This document shows positions 38,043 to 49,332 of a stretch of DNA of 64,000 nt, piece after piece. Each line of letters begins with the position of its first letter. Positions within the stretch are counted from its first letter, which is position 1. A program made the position numbers and the translations under genes. The stretch covers positions 1,181,775 to 1,245,774 of the forward strand of contig MU053994.1 in assembly GCA_013239625.1 (NCBI GenBank), written 5' to 3'. The notes under the pieces are model-generated. The model worked only from the letters and a program-made list of their open reading frames with translations, was not told the origin of the DNA and searched no databases. This DNA comes from Lama guanicoe (lineage: Eukaryota).

Positions 38043-38962
38043 ACATCCCTCACCCACCCCTAGCCCCATAAGCAAAGGACAGTGGTTATTCATGACAAAT
38101 TTACATTTTCTCAAGTGTGACCCCCTCTATCCTGGTGCTAACAGAGGAGAAGCTACTCCATGTAGTGAAGGGAGAGTATTTCTTTAGCTCCTCTCTGGTG
38201 AAATCACAAATAATCTCTCAGAAGGCGTTATTTATTTTACTTGGTCTTTTTTTTTTTTTTATGAAATGGCATGACGACTCACCAGCTGCTTTTTGCAATA
38301 AAAAAAGATAACACATTGCGATTGCCAGAAACAGATGTTGAAGAGGCCTAGAAATCTGATTTTTCCACATCAGGGACCCTGTTGTGTATTGAAATAAATT
38401 GACGGGGTTATTGGAGGCTAGATTGTTGGTTTCTTTGAGGTGGCTCGCTCATTGTGTTGAAAAAAGGGGAGGGGTGGGGAACGCCACAAAACAGACAGGC
38501 CCTGGAGGAGCCACCAGAGGCAGCCCTTGCCTGCCCGGGGCTCCCGCCTCTTTGGTGCTGACTGGCTCCATGTAACACAGCCTTCTCCCACCCTGCTTGC
38601 TCATCGCTGTCATCAACCCATGCTCTGGGTAGATGTGCGTGGGGCAGAGACATTTTATTCTGGTGGTTAATGAAGGCCTCACTTAATTGTCCTCCAATTT
38701 CAGAGTAAATAGCCTAGACCCAGTTCTTTGGAACACAGAAAACATTCCAAGCAGCAGTGCAGGGCAGAATATGAGAAGTAGGGAGAGATCTCTGAGAGAT
38801 CATCATAAGACCTCCTTAAGGAACTTCAATTTGCAAGTGTGGTCCCTGAGTTAGAAAGCTGCTTTGGTCGTCATTGAAATAATTTTCCTTTCGGAAAATA
38901 AAAAGACAGCCTGTCTTTAGGGGTAGGCTCTCTTTCTCTTTTAGCAAAATTGTCCTCTATCA

Positions 38963-39595
38963 TTTTTTGAGCTCCTTACTGAAGTACAATATTCATAAGG
39001 ATAAGGAAATGTACAAATCAGGAGTGTACAGTTTGATGCATTTGCATAAAGTCAACACACTAACACACGGATGAAACCAGCACCTGGATCATGAAACAGA
39101 ACAAGACCAGCATTCTAGAAGCCTCCTCCTGCCCTCTTTCAGTCATCTCCCCCACCGAAGGTAACCACTGTTTTATCTTTAAACACAGTAGATCTGTTTT
39201 GTATGTTTTAAAACTTAATGTAAATGGAATCTTGTAGTATATATTCTTCTGTGTCTGGCTTCTTTCATTCAGCATCATGTGTGTGAAATTCACTCAGACT
39301 TTTATATATAGTTGCAGTTCAGTTATTCCCATTGCCATATAGCCATCCTTTGTGTTCATATACCATAGTTTATTTTTCCTTTCTACTTTTGATGGGCATT
39401 TGGGTAGTCGGCAGTTTTTTTTTTTTTAATTACAGCCAGTGCTGCTTTAAACCTGTCTCTTGGTGAACCTATTCACCCATTTCTGTTGGGTATTCCTAGG
39501 AGCAGAATTGCCGGTTTGTGTATATCTCATTTTAGTAGATGCTTCCAACAAGTTCTCCAGAGTGGTTGCACTCCTACTAGCAGTACAGGAGAGCT
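38963..39595 (-). mobile_element. Old L1 (L1ME-type) 3' region
   Basis: gaagcctcc...aggtaaccactg...taaatggaatc...tgtctggcttctttcattcagcat...gatgggcatttggg. Confidence 0.8.
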
Positions 39596-39960
39596 CTGGC
39601 CTCTGGCATTTCGCTGTCATCCCTCCCCACCTCCCTACCTTGAGTAACTTTCAGCTGCTGCCACTGTGACTATCTGAATGTGTGCTTTGACAGGTTTTCA
39701 CTTGAAAATGGCTGTGCTCTGGAACAGTTTTTCCTACTCTCTCTTTAAGTGGATACTTTCTGTAGCCACGGCAGTGCAGACTGCTTAGCATCTGCTCAAG
39801 TATGAAATCAGCCTTTACATAATGGTGGCTGGGATTGGAGGGGATGAAACTAGAGGAAACCATTCTGGTTATGGAGATTTATTTTTCAGGATTATGGTTT
39901 CAGAATGTCCCTAATTCCCTGAATATTAAAGCTTACAGAAGGAATGAGTGAAAGCTAAAC

Positions 39961-40034
39961 TTTTTTTCTTTATTTATTTAAAAAAATTTTATTGAAGTAT
40001 AGTTATTTATGTGTTGTGTTAGTTTCTGGTGTAC
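39961..40034 (-). mobile_element. Very short L1 3' tip
   Basis: polyT then tttattgaagtatagtt...tgttgtgttagtttctggtgtac; ctaaactt flanks both sides. Confidence 0.75.
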
Positions 40035-40089
40035 TAAACTTGCTTTCTGAAAAGGAATATAAGCAGGCGTTAAAGAGAGTTATGAAGAT

Positions 40090-40336
40090 TAGTATGAATT
40101 GAAATTGGGGTTGGACTGTGTGAGTTCGAATCCTGGCTTCATCACCTGCTGTGTGACATTAAGCAAATTACTTAACATGTCTGTGTCCCACTTGCCTTGG
40201 CTGCCAATTGAAGGTATGAGTAACATCTACCTCATAGGGGTAGATTTGTGATGACTAAATCTGGTATGACATGTGAAGCACTTAGAAGAACTCCTGGCAT
40301 GTGGTATGTGCCATGTGAGTATTAGCTGTGTTATTG
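40090..40336 (+). mobile_element. MIR SINE
   Basis: gttcgaatcctggct...gctgtgtgac...agcaaattacttaac...aagcacttagaa..cctggca. Confidence 0.8.
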
Positions 40337-40337
40337 C

Positions 40338-40778
40338 CTATCTTAAGTCTTGAACCCTAGAAGCAGTGCCTGAAATGAAGATTCTTGTAAAAGTTCAAAT
40401 GATGGAATATTCTCTGGAGGAAGGAAGGGCAAGAAGCAGGACAGGGCAGGGGAAGTAGCTAAACCAGGATGTCGTCCACCTAGAGTTCAGCTTTAGCCTA
40501 ATCCTATGGTGGCCCTTGAAACATAAATGGCACCAGAGTTGCCTCATCTTGAAGCAAGGGGATTGGCTTTTTATACCCTCATTGCGGACAGTCACTGACT
40601 GTGGGCTGCTAGTGGTGGAGTGCCCTTGGACTGGGGACTCTGCTCCTGTTAGCTGAGGCCAGTCCTCTGGAGAAGGGGACAGCTGTGAGCTCTTAGCAGC
40701 CAACAGCTCGCAGCAGCTGGGGGCTGAGTGCAGCTGCCAAAAAGGGGATGTGAGTGGGGGCACCGAGACAGTCTGTTG
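40338..40778 (-). mobile_element. ERVL solo LTR (LTR33/LTR16-like)
   Basis: ccctagaagcagtgcctga...aagcaggacagggcagggg...cttttataccc...cagctgtgagc. Confidence 0.75.
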
Positions 40779-41685
40779 TTCCTAATCAGGCTCTTTTTTG
40801 TAGTCAAGTCGGAAGAGCCACAAGACCAGTGATTCTAAAGAAAGTCTTTTAGAGGTAAGGCAGGTTAGCTTCCTGGACATTTTTTGTCATGAACAAGATG
40901 TCCAAAGGCACCCATAAGTTCTAGTAAGTAGTCTGTGCCTGCCTGAGTGATAAGCGTGTGGGTGTACACACTCCCACACCAGCAGTTGCCTTGGTACAGG
41001 CTTCAGGCATTAAGGCTCACCTTGTAATCCTGTCCCTTCCACTCAGCTGGTCCCTCCCTTCACCCTGCTTCTCGGGACACTTACCTTTCTAGACCACCAC
41101 TTTAATCTAAGTTCTGGCCATCTCTATCCCTGGGGGAGAAATGAAAAGAAATGTATGGAGGGCATCATCTCTTTGAGGCTCACTGGATCTGTGGTGCTTC
41201 ACAGTGAAATGTTGCCATATGAACAGTTCCTCACTTAATCAGCATTTAGATAATCTGCCCTTCTCTGTGGGAGATGGAAGCAAGTGACCTCTGACAGATA
41301 TGCGTTTGGTTTCTAGGAGGTGGCTCTGCTGGGCACGGTTCTCTCAGGAGTCTGATTTCCACTCACACAGGACAAAGCAACATGCAAGATGAGTCATTGT
41401 GTGAACAAATGGGGAGAAACTTACCTTCCTGACTCTGTACCTGGAGAATGCAGGGGGAGCCTGTGAACACCCAGGTGCCAGTGGGGGTGGAGCTTTAAAG
41501 TATGGGAGAGAGCTAGTCTCACATTAACATATGCATTTCCTAATTTCAGCCAAACAAACTGGGAGAGTTGCACCTCAGCCTGCCTAGCAGGTAAAATCTA
41601 GGAAAGGGAAATGGGATGTATAGTAGCACTAAGCTTAAATCTGCAACATGTGCCATTTCTAAGCATCAGTTTATTAGATAATAAG

Positions 41686-41815
41686 TAGCTCATTCATTCA
41701 TTCATTCAACTGGTATTTAGCAAGCATCTTCTATATGCCAGCTTCTGTGCTCCATGATGGACCTATCAAGGAAGTCAGCCACAAAATAAGTAACTATAAC
41801 TGTGATGAGTGCTAA
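41686..41815 (-). mobile_element. L2 3' terminus
   Basis: (cattc)n then tatttag...ctatatgccag. Confidence 0.65.
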
Positions 41816-42600
41816 AAGGCCAAACCCAGCTGAAATTGGGAGCTCTAGCACATTGCTCACTACTACCAGGAGCAGAGTTGGGAAATTTTTCTAGCGTAGG
41901 AACAGCTGCTTCTGACACACATGAAGCCTGTGAGCCAAACAAGACCAAAGCTGGGGAAGAAAATTAGATTTTGCATGCCAGTGATTTGGATGCAAGGAAT
42001 GACCGCACGAATGCCTGCCAGTTCATGCATACATTCATTTGACAAATATCTGAACACCTTCAGGACACACCAACTAGACTCATTTCCAGTTCCTCAAGAT
42101 TATTTTCATAATCAATGTAGTGGCATCATTCTTCTCCTCTGTCTTCCCTGTCTTGCTCTGCTCAGATATGCCAGAAAACCAGCTGGGTAGGTGAGAAGTT
42201 AAAAGGAAAGCCTGATGGAAAACTGAAATGATTCCATCAAGAAAAATTGCTAATTGTGGTTCCTAAACCTTTCCCCCAAGGAGGTTTTAAAGCAGGTAGT
42301 GAATTTCCATGTGCTAAGCAGGAGGTTTTGTTTATGTCTTTACCCCGGAGGAACAATAGGAGAGCTGGCCAATGTTCCGCGTGATTGTTGATCACTACGT
42401 GACTCAGTGGTCAAAACAAAACCCAAGGGACCTAACTCCTGAGGCCCTGCTGCACCGTCAGCTATAACTTCCTCATTTATTCTTATGGCTGGTGAATTTG
42501 GCTGTTTAGAATGGCATCAAATGAAGCAAGTGCAGCCATGGTTTCAGCATTAGAATTAAAAGGAGGCAGCACAGGTGAGATAGGCCATGCAATGTACTGG

Positions 42601-42680
42601 CATAGCAGCAGCAGGAGCCGCAACAGCAATAGTAGTAACAGCAATAGTGCTAGTGGGAGTAGGAGTAGGAGTAGGAGCGG
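42601..42680. repeat. Compound (AGC/AGT/AAT)n and (AGGAGT)n simple repeat
   Basis: Directly visible; abuts the MIR tail. Confidence 0.85.
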
Positions 42681-42890
42681 TAACCATTTATTGTATGCAT
42701 CAAGCACTGTATTTAGCACTTGTCTGGATTACCTCATTTAATTCTCTCAGCAGTCCCAGGATGTAGGTTCTGGCATTGTTCTCCAATAAAGGTCAGTTAA
42801 GTTGCCTAGGGTCACGACAGTTTAAGTGGCAGACCCAGAACTGGAAGCAAGATCTGTCTAACTGCAAAGCCCATTCTCTTAATTATTTCA
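42681..42890 (-). mobile_element. MIR SINE
   Basis: catttattg...ctcatttaattctc...ttaagttgcctagggtcac...aagtggcaga. Confidence 0.75.
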
Positions 42891-42909
42891 CTTGATCGTC
42901 TTTCAAGAA

Positions 42910-43092
42910 AGTGAGCTTTGGCATAAAAGAAAAATCAAACTGCCAGTGAAAACTCTATGACTGTGGTGAGGCTATTTAAACACTTTGCCCTTTGATTTTC
43001 TTCTTTGGAAAATGTACATAGCCCAGGGGGATTGTGAGGATTAAGTGGATTAATTAATTTAAAGTTTGGCATACAGTAGGCACTCAATAAGC
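42910..43092 (+). mobile_element. MIR SINE
   Basis: ttgtgaggattaagtgga...tggcatacagtaggcactcaataa. Confidence 0.65.
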
Positions 43093-44440
43093 GACCGTTC
43101 AGTTTCTTTGAAAGCCACTTGCATTCCCTTGTAAGATGGAAATCATGGAAGTGTTAGTTCAAATTAAAGCTTTCCAGAGGTCTGAAATTTACACTGCCTA
43201 AAGATTCCCAGCTTTGGAAGGAGGCTAGTGAGTACTGCAACCCTCAGCTGAGTGTCTGCTCCTGAGTAAGCCCCTGACCCCCTGACCCCTGACAGGAAAT
43301 GGTAGTAGGTGACTACTTCTGTTAAATTGAGTAATTGATGTGAAAATAAGTACATATATTGCCATTTGTGAGCTTTAGTCATAGCCATGTGATACTGTAG
43401 TTACTTTGAGAGAAGAGAGCCAAAAAACTAAAACTATAGTCCAGTGAAAATAGTCGCTTTGGATAAAAGAGCTCCTGACAATTAGGGAGACTCTTTCCCT
43501 GACTGATTGTTAAAGCTTCCAGAAAGCGAGCCTACTGACCTCTGATCTGCTGTGTTATGTGGGCCCTGAATCACACTCCTGCCCCCACCCTCGTCCCCAG
43601 GGGCACTCCCTAACTGGCCTTCCTGCCCACCTTCCAAACCAGGGCACAGTCATATTCCACAAATCTGAGAGCTTCCTGTAACAGAGGCAGCTTGAGGAGT
43701 GGTGGTCGAGGCCTGGGTTTAAGTCACGGCCCTGCCTCAGGCTAGGTGAAACTCCCATCAGTCTAAATAATTGTATTTGGTCTTTTCAAAGAACCAGCTT
43801 CAGCTTTGTAGAATTTCTCTATTTAAGTAAATGTTCTCGTGCTTGTCTTTATTATTTCCGTCCATCTACTTTCTTTGAGTTTAATTTGCTGTGTTTTCCC
43901 TTAGTTCTTGAGATGTCTACTAAGATCACTGACTGTCAGTCTTAATTTCTAATTGATGAGTTTGAGGCTATACATTGCCCTGTAACCAGGGCTTTAGCTG
44001 CATCTCACAAGTTTTGCTATGCTATATTTTCACTATCACTCAATACAAAATATTTTCTAAGTCTTATTGTGATTTTTTTCTTTTACCTAATGGTTATTTA
44101 GAAGTGTATTTGATTTGCAAATATTTAATGATTTTCTAGTTATACCTATTTTTAAACTGGTTTCTAGTTTAACTCAGCTGTGGTTAGGGAACATATTCTA
44201 AGTGATTTCAGTTGTTCAAAATTTGTTTTGATGTGTTCTATGGCCTGACGTATATTTAATTTTGATAAATATTTCATGCACACTTGAAATATGCGTGTGT
44301 GAGACACAGAGAGAGAAAGAGGGGGAGAGAGAGAAAGGAAGGAAGAGAGAGACAGAGAATTTTATTTGTGTGGTTCAAATCTTCCATATTATTCCTGATT
44401 TTTTTTTTGCCTGTTTTTTCTCTAGTAGTTGTGGAGGGGA

Positions 44441-44602
44441 ATAACAACCAAGACAAATTATAAAAATGATCCAAGTCTCAGAATGAAGCCGATACACCTA
44501 CATTTTTCATTCCCTGGAATTCTTTCAAATAAATCCCTGCTTGCCAGAAAGATGTGTATTTGGGAAAGGTTGGTCCAAAGGCTTGCTGAGTCTTGGATTT
44601 TC
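44441..44602 (-). repeat. Inverted diverged copy of 46050-46216 inserted within L1
   Basis: Manual alignment of the reverse complement to 46050-46216 gives about 80% identity over a ~130-nt core, with shared blocks tttggacca, tacacatcttt, caagcagggatttat, aaagaattc, ttcattctgag. Confidence 0.85.
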
Positions 44603-45200
44603 AAGAATAAGGGAGTTACATTAAAATTCCCTGTGATTGTGTGTCTGTCTTTTTCCTCTTTATTTCCTTCCATTTTTGCTTTATATTTTGAGGCTAGGCT
44701 TGTTTTATCTTCCTAATAGACTGACCCTTTTAATCAAATGTTCTTCTTTATCTCCTATAATGCTTCCTGCCTGTAAGTCTACTTTGTTTGCTATTATTGT
44801 AGCTACACCAGGTTTCTTTTGATTGTTATTTGCATGGTATAACTTTTTTCATCCTTTTACTTTCAATCTAGCTGTATCTCTCTATAGAAAGGAAGGACAT
44901 TGTGCCAAATGCCTCAGAGAATGTCAGGCTCACTTCAAGATGTTTTCTCTCTCTCTGAAATCTTGGCCGCTCAAGTTCTGGCCTCCTAGGTAGCCCTGAA
45001 CTCCAAGTTTTGTCTCCCCATGCTGTGAGACTTCCAAAAACCCCATTTGGCTTTCCAGTCTCTTAGTTGCCACATGATACTTGGCTTCTTAGACTCTTGG
45101 CCCCAAGCTTCTTATGAATCAGCAGATGTCTTAATGGGGAAATTGAGTACTGAATGCCACATTCTCCTCAGTGCCCCTCCCTTCTTTCTGGGATCCTGGT

Positions 45201-45528
45201 TGCTATGGACTGTTTGTGCCCCCACAAGTCGTATATTCAAATCTAACACCTAATGTGATGGTATTAGGAGGTGGGTCCTTTGAGAGGTGATTAGGTCCTG
45301 AGGGTGGAGCCCTCATATATGGGGTTAGTGCCCTTATAAAAGAGACCCCACAGAGATCCCTTGCCCCTTCTATCATCTGTGAACCAAAAAGTAAGCCCTT
45401 AGTAGATAGTGGATCTGCCAATGCCTTGATCTTAGACTTCCCAGTGTACAGAACTATGAGAAATAAATGTTTGTTATTTAAAATACCTGCCACTATTTTT
45501 GTTATAGCAGTCTGAGAGGACCAAGACA
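45201..45528 (+). mobile_element. MaLR solo LTR (MLT1A0/MST-like) nested in L1
   Basis: TG...CA ends (tgctatggact...ccaagaca), aataaa signal, 5-bp TSD ctggt/ctggc. Confidence 0.9.
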
Positions 45529-46049
45529 CTGGCCTTTCAAATCCTTGCTGCTTTGGAAACTCTCTGTGGCTGTCACCAGTGTATTTTTGACCCACTCTTC
45601 TAGTCTTTCTTGTGAAAGGGCTAGTCTTCAAACCTTATTGGAAGTGGATGCCTAGGTGAACATTTTGGATGGTCGTTAGACCTGGGTAAGCCTTCTTTTC
45701 CACATTAGTAAAATAGAGGCATATGAGACATACCTCATGGGGTTGTTTTGAGGCTTAGATATATGGCAAGTTTACGTTATAAGCCTAAAAGCTGTTTGAA
45801 CAGAAGCTGCTATTATTAAGTCTTTACATGATTGAGGTTCCTGATGGAAAAACAGTGGTGGGTTTCCATACAAAGCAGTTTGTTGACACAGCCAGGTCTA
45901 CCTGTGTGTATGAATAGAAATGACTTCTGCTGGGAACTCTGGTTGTTATGACTGTTGAATTAATCATTTTTTAGTGTAATAAGTTACCCCCTCATAGTGG
46001 TTGGAAGTCCCAGAATGCTATTCCTGACACTTTCTCTGAGGGCTGACTA

Positions 46050-46216
46050 GAAAACCCAAGGCCATCAACAAGGCTTTTGGACCACCCTTTCCTGAGTACA
46101 CATCTTTTTATCAAGCAGGGATTTATCTAAAAGAATTCAAAGGAATGGAAAATACAGGTACATGTGATTCATTCTGAGGTCCGGGCCACTGTGTTCATTT
46201 CTGCTCTGTTAGTTAC
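46050..46216 (+). repeat. Partner (probable source) of the inverted duplicate at 44441-44602
   Basis: Same alignment as the 44441-44602 feature. Confidence 0.85.
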
Positions 46217-47629
46217 AATCTGAGGGTTTATCCCTGACTTCTCCCCCTGAGCAAGTCTTGCTCAGCTCAGGTGAGATAAGAGAATTGCACAACTTGTTGG
46301 TCTATTCTGAGTAAACATTTGCACTGTCTTCAATTCTTTCTCTTACTGTCCTGGCAGTTTTGCATTTTCCTACAAGTTGCAGAACTCTGGCTTTTTCTTC
46401 CTGTGCAAGGTCAGCACTATCCTTGCAACACAAAGATGTGTTTGTCCATCCCTTGAGCCATCTTTTTGGGAAGACCACTCCCAAACTCTTCTCTGCTGAA
46501 TGGTGGATGATAAGACCTGCTTCTAGTCCATTCTGACTGGCATTTGAAAAACCACCTTTTTATGCCCAACATCATGTCCAGTATTCTAGGAGTTTCAGAA
46601 TCCTGGTGTCTTTTTGTCTATAGGAAACCCACTGTGACTTGACTCTGCCATTGAGGTCTGCACAATGCAGTCAATGATCAGGCCTCAAATACGCTTGACC
46701 TACAAATGTTAGTTCAGAGGGGTATCAGCATGATTCGGGATCACCCATTAAAATCTGAGCTCTAACCAGACTTATGAATTGGCTAACAAGCTCCTTGACT
46801 ACCCTGATGAAATAGAACACCAGACATTACAGGGGTGGGTGAGAGGGAAAGTTCTAGGTGCTAAAGTCATAGTTCTCATTTGGAGGGTGTAGAGTTGGGG
46901 AAAACACTTTCCAAATGCAAATACCAGGTGATACCTTAGGCCTACTGAATCCGAACTCAGAGGGGAGGCAACTCTTCCCTTCTCCTTTGCCTATCCAAAA
47001 TAAGACATGGTGCCAAAGAATAGAGTGGGTTGAGGTTACTGGCATCTATGGGTGGTAAGTTTGGCAGCATTTTGATTGTGCCAGGATTCAATAGATGTCA
47101 AGAATGAAATTATTGGACAAGATAATTACTACGTACAAGAGACCTGGTTCAGCTTTACTGTTTATTCATTCTGTGTCTTTAAACAACAGTTTCTTAAATA
47201 GGAAATGTGCTAATATGAATAGATACTTGATAAAAGTTTAGTGCTTGACTGGTTGATTTTTGTCATTGATGCTATTCACACTATCAGTGAAATGATGAAG
47301 ACTTAGGTGTTAATATCTGCAGTGCCTTTGGAGATGCCAGATGAAAACTGGCTGGCTGGTTTAAGGTTATTTATACAGGATACTTCCTCATTATGCAGAC
47401 CACAAATCTCGTGATCAAATTGGTTTCCCCTTTCCCCATTCTCGAAATTATAGGAATACACATTTATAATTTTTTAACTCTCTTGAAAAAAAGTTTAGCA
47501 ATGTGTAGAAACAGGCTTTAAATGTTCATTCCCTGGATCAGTTAAATTTTTAGGTAGCTATCTAAAATAGACAAACTCCTAAATTTTTTTCTGTATCCAG
47601 GACAGTTGTCAACATGAAAATATTATTTG

Positions 47630-47735
47630 GATAAAGTCAGGGGTTCTTTTTTGTTCACCATTGAATTCTCAAGACCCAGTACAATGCCTGGCATACAGAA
47701 GGTCCTCAATAAATATTTGTTAAGTGAATGAATTA
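47630..47735 (+). mobile_element. L2 3' terminus
   Basis: atgcctggcatacag...ctcaataaatatttgttaagtgaatgaat. Confidence 0.85.
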
Positions 47736-47853
47736 ATAATTAAATTCTACCTACATATCTCTGGATAAACCATTAACATGTCATACCCTCAATTTTCTCT
47801 CCTATAAAATGGGACTAATAATACTTAACCCTTGGATATTTGAAAAAAATAGC

Positions 47854-48422
47854 TATAGTGGATGCTGTTATTTGCATCCTGGATCCTCTCTATTTAAAAA
47901 GTAAATTAAATATTTTATTTATTGTTGTGTTATTTATTTATTTTTAATTTTGGTGATGGGGGAGGTGATTAGGTTTATTTATTTTTGGAGAAGGTACTGG
48001 GAATTGAACCCAGGACCTTGTGTATGCTAAGCATGCTCTCTACCACTTGAGCTATACACTCTCCCCACCCCCTTTAAAGCTTCTGAGAGTTTGACAGCTG
48101 ATTTGTCTCAGCTGCAGAGAGCCACCTCACCCAAGGTCATGCTCCATTCCTGGGGCATCCCACACCCAGTGACTATCTGGCACAGACCCCTTCCCCCAGC
48201 TCAGGATAACTCTGATAAGCCATTTTAGCTTTAGAACTCCTATGGGATCAGCTGAGGCCTTCAGTGGGACTGCATTGTATTCCAACTTCTTTGCCCTCTC
48301 TTGCTTCTTGCCCTCCTTTCCCCAGGTGTTGATCCCACGAGCAAGCCCTAATAAATCTCCTGCATACTAATCTCCATCTGAGTCTCAGTGTCTGCTTCCA
48401 CAGAATCCAACCAGAAACAGAA
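47854..48422 (+). mobile_element. ERVL solo LTR (LTR16A-like) interrupted by SINE
   Basis: tagtggatgctgt...cctcacccaaggtcatgc...gctgaggcctt...ctaataaat...ccatctgagtctcagtgtctgcttcc. Confidence 0.8.
47910..48066 (-). mobile_element. tRNA-Ala-derived SINE (camelid Vic-1-like)
   Basis: ggtactgggaattgaacccaggacc...tgctaagcatgctctctaccacttgagctatac plus gggggaggtgattaggtttattt segment. Confidence 0.9.
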
Positions 48423-48629
48423 CATAGTATATGCTAAATAAAACACTTCCTGGGTCTGGCAGTCAAAGAGAGGCAAGGATCCACTAGAATACATGGCTGT
48501 TTTTCCCAGCCCAAGAAGTGGGGTCTTCCATGAGTTCTGATAGTCCACTAAAAGTGTTTTCCACTAAATCCTTGTGGATGAAGCTCAGAGAAGGAGTTGC
48601 ATTTTTGGCCTACAGACCTATATCTGTTC

Positions 48630-48878
48630 CAGTGAGTACAGTGTCATAGGTAAGCAAGTGAACTTTGGAGTCAGACTGCCCTGAGTTCAGATACCAGCTT
48701 TGCCACTCACCAGTTATATAACATTTGACAATCCATCTTTCTTACTCTCGGTTTCTTCATCTACAAAATTGGGGTTATAAGAATACCTCTTAGACCTGTC
48801 ATGAGAATTAAATGAGATAAAGTAGGTATAGCTCATAGCTTGAGGCTAGTTAGTGCTTAATAAAAAGAGTTGTTACTA
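48630..48878 (+). mobile_element. MIR SINE
   Basis: actttggagtcagactgcc...gtttcttcatct..aaaat...tgagaattaaatgagataa. Confidence 0.85.
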
Positions 48879-48924
48879 CGCTGTGATCAGTGGAGATTTA
48901 TAACATGATCAAGGCTGGGAAATG

Positions 48925-49332
48925 ACTTTACAGACACAGAGAGCAGGACTTCGATCATGAAGGCAATTGTGAACATCTCTATGGTAGACACACAGATGTA
49001 TGGCCCAGATCCCACGCGAAGGAAGGACTTGACTCCAGCTGTGAGCTTGGTCAGGGTTTGCCTCAGCTGCAGGAAGCCACCTCAGCCCAAGAGCACGCCC
49101 TTGCCTTTGCAATGACTGAGCGAAAGGAGGGGAATAAAGTCCTAACCGAATCTGCCCCACACAGGACCACACCCAAGCTCTCCAGGAGAGGGGGGATTGG
49201 CTGAGATTTTGTCCAGCCTGCAATGCAGTTCGACTTCCTTCTCTGCCAAATCCTGTGTCGTCCTCCTCCTTTCCATAGCCTTCACCCCAAACTCTATCTC
49301 AGAGTCTGCTTCAAAGAATCCAGCCTGTGACA
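48925..49332 (+). mobile_element. ERVL solo LTR (LTR16B-like)
   Basis: cctcagctgcag...cctcagcccaag...ttctctgccaaatcctg...tctcagagtctgcttc...cctgtgaca. Confidence 0.65.

Larger units (their letters stand above)
43770..45640 (-). mobile_element. Old L1 (L1ME-type): ORF2 endonuclease-region remnant plus 5' UTR repeats, internally deleted and interrupted
   Basis: tggtcttttcaaagaaccagct, gctttagctgcatctcacaagtttt, tttgcatggtata..tttttcatccttttactttcaa; 5' UTR-type repeats agaatgtcaggctcac. Confidence 0.75.

Noticed and set aside
38510..38526. CTCF-like ccaccagaggcagc
   Set aside because: Lacks one core G of the CCASYAGRKGGC consensus
42483..42719. Poly-Leu signal-peptide-like ORF
   Set aside because: Translation of a simple repeat plus MIR sequence
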